Positions 26,570 through 40,872 of a stretch of DNA of 64,000 nucleotides are shown piece by piece. The notes under the pieces were generated by a model that worked only from the letters and a program-made list of their open reading frames with translations, made no database searches and was not told the DNA's origin. The translations under genes were made by a program, and so were the position numbers. Source of the DNA: Eledone cirrhosa (taxonomy: Eukaryota). Numbering within the stretch: the stretch's first letter is position 1; each line of letters opens with the position of its first letter. Location of the stretch: contig OZ024743.1 in the NCBI GenBank assembly GCA_964016885.1, positions 74,896,001 through 74,960,000 of the forward strand, written 5' to 3'.

Positions 26570-27630
26570 TACGCGTTACGATCTGCCGAAGGAATTACAA
26601 AATATAGGTTAATAGGCAAATGTGGCAAGGCCGCTGCAGAAGATGAAATCCGGCCCGAGGTTTTAAACGCCTTAAATAGAGAAGGTATTATCTGGCTGAC
26701 TCGTGTGTACCGGGTGGCCTGGATCTCTGGAAAGGCACCTAAACAATGGCAATCGGGAGTGATAATCCCAATTTTCAAAACGAGAGACAAGAGAGATTGT
26801 TTTAATTGCAGATAGATCTCTTTGTTAAGAACTTCCCGGTAAACTCTATGCTAAGTGTCTGGCAAAGAGATGCAGAGAAATTGTCGAGTCCAAGCTTGCT
26901 GATGAACAGTGTGGTTTTCGCCCCGGACGCAGCACAGCCAACCAAATATTCACACTGCGACAGGTCTTCAAGAAATCCTAGAAGTATTGCCAAGATATAT
27001 ATATTGTTTTGTAGACCTCGAAAAGCCATGTGACCGCGTTTCTTGGGACCTGCTGTAGAAGCTTCTGTGAGAGTATAAGTCAATGGTCAGCTTCTTGTTG
27101 CGCCGATGTCTGTATACAAATGTCCAAGTATTTGCGTTCGGGAAAATGGTGCTAAATCGAAACCATTCAATGTGGGAGTCGAACTGTGCCAAGAGTGTAT
27201 ACTGTACCCTCTCCTGTTCATTATTTTCATGAACAGGATTGATATGCGCTGCCGGGTTGGAAATGGTATCGCGATTGGCGGGTGTAAAATCAGTCGGCTG
27301 GAGTTTGCAGACGACATGGTGTTACTTAAATCAACAGAAGGTGATCTCCGACATGCACTTGATAGGTTTGATGCCGAATGCTTCAAATCAGGAATGAAAA
27401 TCAGTGCTGCGAAAACTGATACACTCGTCCTTCCAAAACCAGCCGCCAGGGGACCAAGTAATAGACCCCGAGCAAGATGTTTAGATAAAATCCATGAGCT
27501 CGGCTGGTCCCGCTTGAAGATCCAGCCGGATCAGTTGGAAACGGTTGATTCTGGCAGGACCCGCTGGAGGGAGTGTTTGAGGACTCTGACCCCACTTCCC
27601 TCTCAGGAATATGTGGGGAAAGAAGAAGGT
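26570..27630 (+). mobile_element. RTE-clade LINE reverse transcriptase pseudogene, 5'-truncated
   Basis: GKAAAEDEI.PE, EQCGFRPGRST..QIF, FVDLEKP, QECILYPLLF, FADDMVL, GMKISAAKT, RPRARCLD..RTRWRE. Confidence 0.88.
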
Positions 27631-27994
27631 TAATAAGAATTCTAGATAAACAACGACAACATAGGTATCATGAAGTAGAAAAAAGAATTGGCATAAGTTC
27701 GGGCATAAAATTTCATAGTAGAACATATCGTTATAACGATAAAATAAGCAATGAAGTTATACAGTCTAAAAGTCAATTTTAAGAAAATAGAGAGAGCGAG
27801 ATTTTGTGATAAGGTATCACCAACCCCTTAGTTAATATGTTGGTGGTTTAATGAGGCACATTTATTTATCGGTAGCAATTCTTTACTGGTGACAGTAAAT
27901 ATTTCCATGGTCATACACCAAACAAAATATAATAAAAATACTTTCACTCACTGCCTCCGTCTCTCTCGTTCTCCACATCTCTCACTATTATAAG

Positions 27995-28450
27995 CAAATA
28001 GGGGCCCACCCACTGGCCGCCCCGCGATCCCAGCGGACAGAATAGAGAAGGCATTTTCCAGGAGGATGGAACAGCCATTCCAGCTGGCGAGGCTCACATC
28101 TGCGGATAGGCAACTCCGTACAGATGGTGGTGAGTAGGGAGTTGGTCCTAGGGCCAAGGATACCAGAAGTCTCCACTTGTACTGGGTGCAGATGGTAGGG
28201 AGTAGGGAGGTGGTCCTAGGGCCAAGGACACCAGAGTTCTCCACTGGTACTGGGTGCAGATGGTAGGAAGTAGGGAGGTGGTCCTAGGGCCAAGGACACC
28301 AGAAGTCTTCACTGGTACTGGGTGCAGATGGTAGGGACTAGGGAGGTGGTCCTAGGGCCAAGGACACCAGAATTCTCCACTGATATTGGGTGCAGATGGT
28401 AGGAAGTAGGGAGGTAGCCCTAGGGCCAAGGACACCAGAAGTCTTTACTG
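27995..28450 (-). mobile_element. CRE-clade 3' fragment with internal 68-bp tandem amplification (~5 units, 28120-28450)
   Basis: VETSGVLGPRTTSLL..CEPRQLEWLF; unit starts gggtgcagat at 28184, 28252, 28320, 28388. Confidence 0.75.
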
Positions 28451-28937
28451 TTTATAATGATAAACTGCTCATAAAGGAACTAATATGAAACACTATCGGA
28501 TTTAAAAGATTCGAACCCTAAACTGTAATCAGAAATATAATAAGGAGACACCTGTAAGCTGACACATGTGAATGACATTTAATTGAGTATATTATATGTG
28601 TACTAGAAAACAGGGTCTTTCCCATTATCGCACGCATGCACTTGATAAGACAACGATAGACGTATTTGACTATATGTTAAAGTACCCTTTAGGAACCAGA
28701 ACAGTTGGCCATAGACTGAATAACACACAATATGGTCGTTAAGTTTCTTATATATCTTAGTTCACATTTTGATTGACATTTCTTTATAGATATGTTAAGC
28801 CATCTACATTCATAGAAATGTTATTAATGAGTAATGGAAACTTTAGATTTAACCCTACATATGAATTCATGTACCCTTACAATTCATTTAGCCCTTGCAA
28901 TTCCCGTGACCCTTTCATATAATCGCTATTTCAAGCT

Positions 28938-29225
28938 GAGTTGCATTTAGACATTGGGGGGCCCGGGCCACTTCAGGTTGAGGTGGGGTCTCTCATAAAC
29001 AGAAAAAATACACAGCAAGCACCCCCACCCCTCAATTTTACATATCAAAGTTAGCTTGGCGCAAGTAATTGGAATTGAAAAGTTATACACACAGATATTA
29101 AATTAAAAAATTCTAACCATCCTAAAACTAAAACGCCCAACTGAGGGCACAAATAAATTGCTACGGTCATGCAGGGGGCCAGAGGGATCCCCCCCACACA
29201 CACACCTCCATTAAATCTGGTCCTG
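28938..29225. mobile_element. Probable MITE (degenerate taaatc(c/t)ggccctg-type end); relative at ~39160-39292
   Basis: Shared internal segment atcaaagttagcttggcgcaagtaattggaatt (inverted at 39165-39200) and ends ttaaatctggtcctg / ctaaatctggccttg. Confidence 0.4.
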
Positions 29226-29966
29226 ATTTCAATGTTATTAAATGAACTGGACATTTTTAACATATATTCTTCGGGTTTAAATCACTATTGTATTTAATTC
29301 CATTTAGAATTATATATACTTAAATCAGTCGTAAACTATACACTGCATTTAAATTTATTTCATCACAAATGCATACTTTTATATTCCACTAAATTTCGCA
29401 CCAATATAAGCAGTCAGAATTCATTTTTATATGATTTTACAGAACTGATATTGTTGTACAGTAGAATTTATATTTTTTTATTTGTCAAATAAATACAAGA
29501 GTGTAGTGATTTTATCGAAACAAAACCTTCTTATGACAAGCTAATACCATGCTAGGTTCTATAAAGCCATTCATAGGTAGCTTTCATAATTAAAGTCTCA
29601 TTAAAGTCTCATTAAATCTATTTTCCATTACAATAAATTTCCTGATTGTTATCTGTGACATATAATTATAGGAATAATACAAAAATAAGTTAAACATGAA
29701 CATTTTATACATAAAATAATATCAAATGTTTAAATGGTAATAAAACAATACAGCTATTAAATATAGAGAGAAAACGTGCGGAATTAATGATAATAGAGTA
29801 ATGAATTTTGTAATTAGATATTGGACTTAAAAATTTATTAGTGATAATTGATGAAATAATTTTTGTAGAAATATTTATTGCCGCCATCTCGTTAGAAATT
29901 CCGTTTTATAATCAAACTTCTATGCTCCAGTTTTCAATATGAAACACATGTTTGGGCTTTATTTGT

Positions 29967-30081
<115 letters not shown>

Positions 30082-30107
30082 CATATATATAAGTTTTAAT
30101 ATAGAAG

Positions 30108-30158
30108 AGCTTCTACAGGACTAGAACTGTTTCATTCGTGAGAAATCATCAGGAAGCT
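30108..30158 (-). ncRNA. Type I hammerhead ribozyme
   Basis: Minus: agcttc-CTGATGA-t-ttc-tcac-gaa-t-GAAACAG-ttctagtc-CTGTA-gaagct; stem I 6 bp, stem III 4 bp, GUA triplet, weak stem II with U.U base. Confidence 0.72.
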
Positions 30159-30942
30159 GGCTGTCCAAGTAAATGGTAGTATTTATGTCTTTCCTTATCT
30201 GGTGGTAGGAGAGGGTGGGGATTGGGATGGGTGGAGGTCATTGGTTGTATGTTTGTGTATATATATGTATATATATATATATATATATCATAAATCATGT
30301 CTATAGAATTATTAGATAAATAAAATATATATCATTTCCTCTGCCAATCACCATAATTAACCATATAAAAAATCAATTAGACCAAGCTATAAGGATAAAG
30401 GCTCCTATGAAGAAATCTCCGACAAACAAACGAAAGTGGCCTCTTCGCGGTGGCCTCAATAGAGTATTTATCCAACATTTCGACAGCATGTAGAAATTGA
30501 CCAAATATACAATCAACCATACACAATTAGGTGTAAATTCAAACTTAGAAGAAATGTGTACATACCGTAACCATATCTCTACCATGGTTTCATCCGTATT
30601 TTTAGATATCCAATTAATAGGAAATCAATTTTTTACATTCACATGACCTCTACCGACCAATCAAAATTGTTTTAACCACAAGAATTTTTGCAACACCAAG
30701 TAGCGCTGGAGCCACTTTTTTAACATAAAAACAGTTAGAATTCCCAAAACTAATCAGGTCAGAGCAAACAACACGGACGCTCTATCTCAAAATTATTTTT
30801 GAAAAGCATTTAGAAATGCGCAACCGGTAAAAACTTAAAACCACAACTGAATACTAACCAATACAATTACTAATACTCTTTTATTCCTAATTAAACTATT
30901 TTTCAACTGTGAACAATTTGTCAGCATTTCCTATTCCGTTTA

Positions 30943-31011
<69 letters not shown>

Positions 31012-31242
31012 CTACACACACGGCCCTCTTAGTGGATATGTGAAGCTTTATTTACTGTCACAATAAAGTAACAACATTCGGATTACAGAACAAAGGTATT
31101 AAATCGGTGGAAGCCTTTTGAACTTTAGATATTTATAGCAATGTCATTCCTATATTGTGCCATATATTACCTTGCTGTGGTCTTCTAACAATGATGAAAC
31201 ATATCATTAATCTCTTTTATATATGACAGCAAATATTTATTA

Positions 31243-32225
<983 letters not shown>

Positions 32226-32809
32226 AGTTTGTCTGAGAGTGTCTCCATCTTCCACTTACATCTGTGTCTTATATCTGTGTCTTACATCTGTGTATCTGTT
32301 GCTAATATAAACACAATAGACACTAACCAATCCTACAAAACGATAATACTTCGATAAAGCAACAAGTGGAAGCTAATACTATATAAAATTAGAAGCATCA
32401 AAGATATTTAAGGACAACCATACTTAGTCACTATTCTTAATCATCAGATTAACAAACATAAGACGATTGAAGATCAATAGAATATCTTATTCAATATCTA
32501 CACGGATTCCTCACCAAATTCCTCAAGAAGGTTATTTCACATAATAAACCTAAATATACAAAGATGACAAAATTACTAAATCGACAATATATTAAGTTTA
32601 TGTGTGAGAATAATCTAATCGAATATAATCTAATGGAATACATTGCCAACGTCAAACTATCGATCTGGAAGTGGAATAGTTGTAAGATTGACATAATTGA
32701 AAGTAAAGTCAGATGATTTCTGCTGTTGTATAAATCTATAGTATCTCTTTTGGCTGCAAATGTGCCACATCTTTCTCATCTCTTTCGTAAGCCAGGAGGT
32801 TCGTTAGGA

Positions 32810-33056
32810 CGGTGCTTATTCCGGCTTCATGGCGTGACGTGACTGAGAGTACAAGACTCCCCACTGGACAGGACACCAGTCCATCACAAGGTTAAACCCC
32901 CAGCTATTGCTGGTATTCATTTTCAACTGAGTATACTGTAGCAACGTAAAATGGAGTGTTTTGCTCAAGAACACAACACAAAACCTAGCCCAGGAATCGG
33001 ACCTGCGACATTATGATCGTAGGTCCAACATCCTTACCACTAGGCCAGACGCCTCC
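32810..33056 (-). mobile_element. tRNA-derived CORE-type SINE
   Basis: Minus: tggcctagtggtaagg..caggtccgattcct..tgtgttcttgagcaaaacact. Confidence 0.7.
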
Positions 33057-33289
33057 ATAAAATGTATCATATAAATAAAGGTTTAATCAAGCTTATATCT
33101 AAATACTGGTGTGAGTGTTACCCACTGGGATAAAACAAACATGTAACATTAAAGCTTTTATAAAACACTTAAAATGTTAACAAAAACGAAGCCACTCATC
33201 ATCAGTCGTTGAGGACAAAACAAACTCTCAGCTCACAGATGAGTCTGTTATCAAAATATGGTCTGTGTATTGACAATTACAACCACTCA

Positions 33290-33850
33290 GAGATGGCATC
33301 AACCTCCTGAATAATTCCACCAACAGTAATGTAAATGGAGTTCCACTGAAGCAGGTGGAGAAGTACAAGTATATCGGGGCCGTGTTCACGAGTGATGGAA
33401 GGCAGCGGACTGAATTAAGTGCAAGAATTGGAGGAGCTGGTGCCAGCTTCAGCATTTGGAAATCAGAAGAGAAGTAAACGTAAAAGCCAAACTCGTTATC
33501 TTCAATTCAGTAATCGTGCCAACCTTTACTTATGGTCATGAAACCTCGGTAATGATTGAAAGAATTCGATCGCGTATACAAGTAGCTGAAATGGTGTTCC
33601 TCCGACGGGTCTTTGGAGTAACGGTACTCGATAGATTGCATAGCTCGGAGATTAGAGAGTCCCTCCAGGTAAAGCCACTACTTCTCCGAATTGAGAGATC
33701 ACAGCTCTGATACGATGAACATGTGGTTAGAATGTCTCAAGAAGAAGAAGAAGAAGAAGAAGAAGAAGAAGAAGAAGAAGAAGAAGAAGAAGAAGAAGAA
33801 GAAGAAGAAGAAGAAGAAGAAGAAGAAGAAGAAGAAGAAGAAGAAGAAGA
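33290..33850 (+). mobile_element. RTE-clade LINE 3' fragment with (GAA)n tail
   Basis: LKQVEKYKYIG, AKLVIFNSVIVPTFTYGHE, EMVFLRRVFGVTVLDR..IRE. Confidence 0.85.
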
Positions 33851-34116
33851 ACTTGGAGCCACTCTAATATAGCCGGAAGAAGTAAAAGAGGCAGTGCTCA
33901 TACTCAAGAAAGTAGAATCCCACGGAGTGGACAACATCCCATCAGAACTCGCGAAAACATATAACAAAGCAGTTGCTAAAAGAATTGTTCCAATTCCTCA
34001 CAATACCCAAGAAAGGCAACATAAAACTCTACCAGAAGTAACCCAAGAAAAGCAATTAAACCTCAGTCAGAATTGTTGATCAATCAGACTGTTATGTCAC
34101 CCAGTAAAGTAGTGAA

Positions 34117-34258
34117 GGCGCATGGCTTAGTGGTTAGAGGACTGGGCTTGCAATCGAAAGGTTGTGAGTTCAATTCTCGGACCAGGTGATGTGTTGTTTC
34201 CTTGAGCAAGACACTTTATTTCACGTTGATCCAGTTTACTCAGCTGTAGAAATGAGAT
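34117..34258 (+). mobile_element. tRNA-derived CORE-type SINE
   Basis: A box tggcttagtggttag, B box gagttcaattc, CORE-like ccttgagcaagacacttt. Confidence 0.8.
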
Positions 34259-34904
34259 GATAGGACTGGGGTCCCTATCATTAAATTACCCAAGACACCT
34301 CCAACGAGATATACCTTGGAGGAGGCCAGCTAAACCTGCATAGGTGTGAGCTGTCACACACAGTAAAGTAGAGAATTCTGCTAAACTATATAAACATTTG
34401 AATGTAAGCATTATTTTGTAATGACTTTTCAAATTTACTGAAACAATGACTAAAACTATGAACTAGTATTTTGCAAATATATTTGAATAATTGAAATAGA
34501 AACTAAGCCATAATATTTTGCACTATAATATAGTCTAATAATTGTCTCTACTTTGGGGGTCGATAAAATAAAGTACCAGTAACGCACTGGGGTCGATTTA
34601 ATCTACTTTCCCCTCCTCCAGAATTGCTGGTCTTGTGCCTATATAAGAAACCATTATTATTTCTAATGTAAGGGGAAAACGATGTGATAATAGTTACAAG
34701 ACAGAAAGATATCCACTCCACTAATTCCTCTATTGAATGTTTCATCTCAATTCTACATTATTGGATTTAGATCACAGAACTGCATCAAACTAGACAGCTC
34801 AAGAGTAGATTAAAACATTCATGCCACGATGTGTCTACCTAGCATAGGACAAATATAATGTAAAGCGATTTAAAAGTTCTCCAAATTTGTGAGAATGACG
34901 GACA

Positions 34905-35280
34905 CTTCTTCTTCACGCAACTATTCCTGAGAGAGACGTGGTGGCAGAGTCTTCAAATACTCCCTCCAGCAGGTCCTGTCAGAAGCAACCGTCTCCAACT
35001 GGATCCCCAAGCGAGACTAGCCGAAATCATGGATGTTATCCAACCATCTTGCTCGGGGGTCTACGCCTGGGTCTCCTGCCGGTTGGTTTTGCCCGTAAAA
35101 TCTATCCAGCGATTCTTTCCTGAGACATTCTAACCACATGCCCATAGTATTGGAGCTGTGATCTCTCAATTAGGAGTAGCAGCTCTACCTAGTGTGACTC
35201 TCTGATCTCCGAGCTACGCACTCTATCGTGTAACGGAGGAACACCATTTTTGGCCATTTATATTTGCGATCGTATTCTTT
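34905..35280 (-). mobile_element. RTE-clade LINE 3' fragment
   Basis: Reverse complement of the 42860-43260 sequence. Confidence 0.8.
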
Positions 35281-35651
35281 ATGATAGCAACAGTCCAGTG
35301 AGACTAGGGAGGCGTTGTTGTTGTTTATACCCGAGATAGCTCTGATCAAATATAATCATAATAGAAGGCTTTCAGCTAAAATGCACCTTTGAAGACATTA
35401 TTGTGTCCGCTGTTTCGGTTGGAAGGATGTGATTTAAATGAAATGTTGCAGCAATTTCTATAATGTATACATATATATATATATATACATATATAAATAC
35501 ATAATCAGAGAAAGCTAATAGCGATACTCCGGCCAAATCCCAACTCACTCAACAAACATTAGGAAATAACTGAATATATTCCTAATTAAACGTTCGGGAT
35601 GCTAACTAATTGTATTGTGTGGAATGCTGTATCATTTCATATGAGATATAT

Positions 35652-35683
<32 letters not shown>

Positions 35684-35993
35684 ACTTTTCTATATATATA
35701 TATAATCTCTTTTCTCCTAGTTTATTTTACACCTAATTCTGTTTAATTGACTGTATCTGGGCGATTACGCTGTCGAAATATTAGATAAATATTCCGTCGC
35801 ACCCGACGCGAAGGGCTAGTTTCGGTTATTTGTTGGAGATTTCTTCATAGAAGCCTTATTCTTATAGCCTGGTCTATTCGATTTTTTATATAGTTAATTA
35901 TGCTAATTGGGAGAGAAAATGGTATATATTTTATCTGGTGATTCTATAGACATGTTTTATGATATATATCTCTGATTATTTAATTTATTAATA

Positions 35994-36182
35994 GGCGGTG
36001 GATTGGCAGTATCGGTAGAGGGTCGAACGCCATGCTTTCCAGCATAGTTACGTCTTTTTACGATCTGAGTTCAAATCCCGCCGAGGTTGACTTTGCCTTT
36101 CATCCTTACGGGGTCGATAAAATAAAGTACCAGTAATGCACTGGGTAATTGCTGGCCTTGTTCCTAAAGTAGAAACAATTAT
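35994..36182 (+). mobile_element. tRNA-derived SINE copy (full length)
   Basis: Matches 11791-11975. Confidence 0.88.
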
Positions 36183-36460
36183 TTAATTTATGAACTCTTC
36201 ATTGAGCCACAAAGTGACCCGCTGCAAAACACGTATATGTATGTATGTATATATATATATATGTAAACCTTTATATATATATATATATATATATTTAAAA
36301 GTTAAACAAGGTTCAATGAATAAATCAAAGAATGAGTTTTACATGTTTTTCTCATGTTCTCAATATTAAGGTATATAAATATTGAGTTTTGTCATATATT
36401 ACTCACTACCATGACTGAATCTTAACCATCTACTATGTCAGGGTATGTCATGCATCATCT

Positions 36461-36527
36461 TATTTTATCTGATGAGGACCTACTGTTGAAGTTAACTCAG
36501 TACCTCTGAAATATGTATAATAAAATA
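36461..36527 (+). ncRNA. Type I hammerhead ribozyme
   Basis: tattttat-CTGATGA-gga-cc-tactg-(12 nt)-cagta-cc-tct-GAAA-tatgt-ATA-ataaaata; stem I 8 bp, quasi-palindromic stem III. Confidence 0.7.
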
Positions 36528-37202
36528 TACTTGATCGCAAGAATATCTATTGTGTTAATATTTTGAATTAATATATATATATGTGTGTGTGTGTGTGTGT
36601 TTAATGGTAGCTATGGTGCTTCCATAGGCGGTATGCCAGTTGACCACTCTATGTGCTTACAGAGCAGAGTGTGATATAATATAAAACGAAAAGTCAGTGC
36701 TGCATCTAGACTCAGTTTATTGTGTGTTACAATTGTTTCGCCGGCAGATAGCTCGAGACACGATCATTGTATGGATCTGTCTGATTCTAGAACTGCGGGT
36801 ACTTCGGACACATGAAATGCAATTTACAGAAGGAGGCTTTTATGAAAGAGTTGAAGTGTAATATATATAGTCACGATAAATTTTCAGGGTAGTATATAGA
36901 GTAAATATTACGCCCTTGCTTAGCGGTCAATAACCAGCGATGACTGCGAATGAAGCGAAATTTCATTTCTCACTCTTAGTACGGCTCATACTTAAATATA
37001 AGTATGTATACGTACATACATATATGTATACAGATGTGCAGTAGTATGTATATATATATACATACATGCACACATATATATGTACGTATGGTTTACCGAA
37101 CATTTATTGTAATGTTCGGTTTGTTTGTAAACAAACAACCCGAATTAAGCTGTACAGTGTTCGGCAACCATAGTTGCCCTTTTGTTCAACACTGACAAAG
37201 GA

Positions 37203-37245
37203 ACGATGAACTAGTTTCAAGCTTATTAGCTATCGTCAGCATCGT
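37203..37245 (-). ncRNA. Minimal type I hammerhead ribozyme
   Basis: Minus: acgatg-CTGACGA-t-agct-aata-agct-t-GAAACTA-GTT-catcgt. Confidence 0.78.
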
Positions 37246-37632
37246 ATACCTTCCTGTCAGATGATTGAACGTTTGAAATTATATACTTTCCTTATGCATA
37301 TTAACGGCTGAGCAGCCTAATGTGTATATCGAGTGACTTAGTCGGCCGGGCGTACCGAAAACGATAAATGGAAAAGAATGAAACGAAATTTCATTTCTCA
37401 CTCTTAGTACGGCTGATACTTAAATATAAGTATGTATACGTTCATACATATATGTATACAGTCGTGCAGTAGTATGTATATATATACATACATGCACACA
37501 TATATATATGTACGTATAGGTTTACCGAACATTTATTATAATGTTCCGTTTGTTTGTAAACAAACAACCCGAATTAATCCGTACAGTGTTCGGCAACCAT
37601 CGTTGCCCCTTTGTTCAACACTGACAAAAGGA

Positions 37633-37675
37633 ACGATGAACTAGTTTCAAGATTATTAGCTATCGTCAGCATCGT
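37633..37675 (-). ncRNA. Minimal type I hammerhead ribozyme (one stem II mismatch)
   Basis: As 37203-37245, 430 bp away. Confidence 0.7.
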
Positions 37676-38020
37676 ATACCTTCCAGTCAGATGATTGAAC
37701 GTTTGAAAGTATATACTTTCCTTATGAATATTAACGGCTGAGCAGCCTAATTTTCATATCGAGTGAGTTAGTCGGTCGGGCCTACCGAAAACGATAAATG
37801 GAAAAGAATGAAACGAAATTTCATTTCTCACTCTTAGTACAAACAAACCGAACATTATAATAAATGTTCGATAAACCCATACGTGCATATATATATATAT
37901 GTGCATGTATGTATATATATACATACTACTGCACGTCTGTATACATATATGTGATCAGCCGTTAATATGCATAAGGAAAGTATATACTTTTAAACGTTCA
38001 ATCATCTGATAGGAAGGTAT

Positions 38021-38063
38021 ACGATGCTGACGATAGCTAATAAGCTTGAAACTAGTTCATCGT
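38021..38063 (+). ncRNA. Minimal type I hammerhead ribozyme
   Basis: acgatg-CTGACGA-tagctaataagctt-GAAACTA-GTT-catcgt. Confidence 0.78.
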
Positions 38064-38276
38064 TCCTTTGTCAGTGTTGAACAAAAGGGCAACGATGGTT
38101 GCCGAACACTGTACGGCTTAATTCGGGTTGTTGTTTACAAACAAAGCGAACATTACAATAAATGTTCGGTAAACCCATACGTACATATATATATATATGT
38201 GTGCATGTATGTATGTATATACATACTACTGCACGTCTGTATACATATATGTATGTGCGTATACATACTTATATAT

Positions 38277-38332
<56 letters not shown>

Positions 38333-38749
38333 ATATATACACACACATACATGCACCGCACACTTGAAGACATTATTGTGTGTCCACTGTTTCTGTTGGA
38401 GTGGAAGGATGTGATTTGAGGGAAATTTGGTAGCAATTTCTAGCAGGCTATTGTTATGAATCAATGCCAAACGTCAAATTAATGAAAGCGCTTCCATTAT
38501 AAATAGTTTTAGGGGCGCTGTCAGAATTGTCCCCTTGTTAACAAACCGAATTATCTTTCAATTTATTCATTATTAATACATATTTCCTTGGTCCTAATCA
38601 AGGAAAATATGAGACGAAGTTGTAAAGAATAACATCAAGAAACTGAACCTGACAAAGGAGATGACACAGGACAGAGCTGATTGATGATATGACATATGAA
38701 AGACATGTCCTCCAGTACAAGTAGGAAGATAATAAAAGTGTGGTGAAAG

Positions 38750-39125
38750 ATTGGAGGCTACAGTGTTAGGTAATCGAATGGAGACAATACAGGGTTTAAG
38801 GGTTTTAGTCTGGTCGAGCTTGTAACGACCTCTTTAGTACTAGTGCCACAATAAAATGCACTCAGTACATCCTGTAAATTGTTAGTGTTGGTACTTTGAT
38901 AGAATATACCTAGACAACTGTGTAAAGTGGTTGTGCTGGTATTGCCAAAACAATGTACCCAGTAAACACTAAAGTGGTTATGTTAGGAAGGCTATCCAGC
39001 CATAGAAACCATGCCAAATATGTTATATATGAGCAAGATGAGGTCACTCTGATATGTCTGGTCTCAGATTGTGACCACCAGTCCAACACATGCAAGTGTA
39101 GAAAGTAGACGTAAAATGAGGATGG
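38750..39125 (+). mobile_element. Old SINE with Meta-domain-like core
   Basis: tagtgccac..gcactcagtac..gttaggaaggctatccagccatagaaaccatgcc..catgcaagtgtagaaagtagacgtaaaatga. Confidence 0.55.
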
Positions 39126-39605
39126 TTAGATTTTTTTAAATTTAATACCTGTATGTAAAACTTTTTAATTCCAATTACTTGCGCCAAGCCGACTTTGATT
39201 TATAAAGGAGGTTTGCTGTCTATTCTAATTTTTTATTAGCCCCCTCCAAAACCTGAAGAGCCCTGGACACGCCATGGTCTAAATCTGGCCTTGCGTATTT
39301 CTGCTCTCCCTATTAATATGGTTTAAAAAGCAATTTGTTTAGATTTAAAGACATTAGATTTAAACTCATTACTCTATAATACCAAGTAGGTATAGATAAC
39401 TAAGTCACAGGTGTAGTGTGTTTAACTGTCGTTTATTGAAATATATACTCATCTTTCTGGGAGTGATAATTGTTAGAGCTTCTCAGAGATCGCTCTTTAG
39501 TAAACTGATTATAAACCATGAGCTAGATACACCAAGTGCAATCAATAATTGGTGTGTAACGTCCCCATTATATATATATGTGTGTGTGTATAATTTATAT
39601 ATATA

Positions 39606-39655
<50 letters not shown>

Positions 39656-40112
39656 ATGTGTGTGTATAAGTAAGTAAGTAAGGAAGAATACTTGATGACA
39701 TGTTCAATTGTCTCAGAATATCATTTATAATGGAGTCGTTAATTTATACGTAATCACCGAAAAAATGAAGAAGTAGGTTTAAATTAAAGGTACATTATCT
39801 GGAGCTACTCCAAAATAAACCAGGTATTGTAGTAATTATGAGGATGGTTGCTAATGTGCTAAAATCAAGAAGAACCTCATTATTAATTATTGGTGAGAGT
39901 AGTAATTAACTAACGTCTAGTTTTCTGACTTACTAAAGCAAATTGTTAATGGGAAATAACTCATATGGCGTATATAGAAAGACAAAAAAAATGTCTTCAT
40001 TTCAGAAATAAGCACACATTTCTTTTGGGGAAATATATAATTTTCTTAATTATTATTATTGCTTGCGAACGAACCGAATATTATTATTATTCGATATAAA
40101 ACTCACGAATTA

Positions 40113-40201
<89 letters not shown>

Positions 40202-40638
40202 ATTTATTATTATTATAGACTTTTACACATTTTTTTTCTTATCGCATTTATTTATGTAGTGGTATAACTTACAGGAGAACATAGTCAGATTAATTCAAGG
40301 ATATAATACTAACAATTAGTATTTAATTGTAAATTCTTCAATTAAATCCCCTTCCCCCACCTCGAGACTGCCTTTATTTTTACTGTCTGCTATTGAAACG
40401 TTAATTCTTGTCTGATGACTCTGTGTTTAACAGAAGGCTTATTTACCCTTCATAAAATGAATATATATATATATGTGTGTGTGTATTACACTGTTTATTG
40501 TAGTTCGATTTATTTATGAATTGTTTGCAATTGTCTTTGCTTTTTATATGGAAGTCCTGGTAAAATGTTTCCCGGCTGGTTTTTATTTTTTTCAGTTTGA
40601 ATACGTGCCAACGTCTCCTCTGTGAATTGTCAGAACTG

Positions 40639-40872
40639 GCTTACCTCCCCTTGGGTGTCAAGTCACGTGACGCTGAAAGTAAACTTTACTACTGCAACGG
40701 CCGAAGTACATCGGTATTGATAGCTGACCTCTTCCAGAGGGGCAAAGTCCCGCTGATGACGCAACTCTTAGCCTATTACGTAAGGCTTAAAATCCATACC
40801 CAATTTCTGTGCACTGTAGTTCTATTTGGACCGTCGCTAGCAGATGAAGTCGCAGAAACTAATGCATTGGTC
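40639..40872. promoter_or_regulatory. Candidate promoter/enhancer island (E-box, ATF/CEBP-like, D-box, CCAAT)
   Basis: GTCACGTGAC 40662-40671, TGACGCAA 40757-40764, TTACGTAA 40776-40783, ATTGG ~40866 in CpG-containing, non-repetitive-looking sequence; minus-strand AG|GTAAGC donor-like site at ~40639-40646. Confidence 0.35.

Larger units (their letters stand above)
36948..38275. mobile_element. Retrozyme-like / PLE-derived ~430-bp tandem repeat with inverted copy
   Basis: Direct units 36948-37375, 37376-37805, partial 37806-37840; inverted pieces ~37838-37952 and ~37953-38272; one HHR per unit; no ORF. Confidence 0.75.

Noticed and set aside
28120-28450. Regularly spaced repeats resembling a CRISPR array
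   Set aside because: Units are contiguous with no unique spacers, there are no cas genes, and the context is eukaryotic.
32440-32700. Weak resemblance to a Nematis PLE linker (KLLNRQYIKF..C)
   Set aside because: Similarity too low to distinguish from chance by eye.
34117-34190. tRNA-like A and B boxes
   Set aside because: SINE heads without a complete cloverleaf; not tRNA genes.
40395-40440. GAAACGTTA...CTGATGA-hairpin
   Set aside because: No GAAA after the hairpin for type I, and no closing stems for type II/III.
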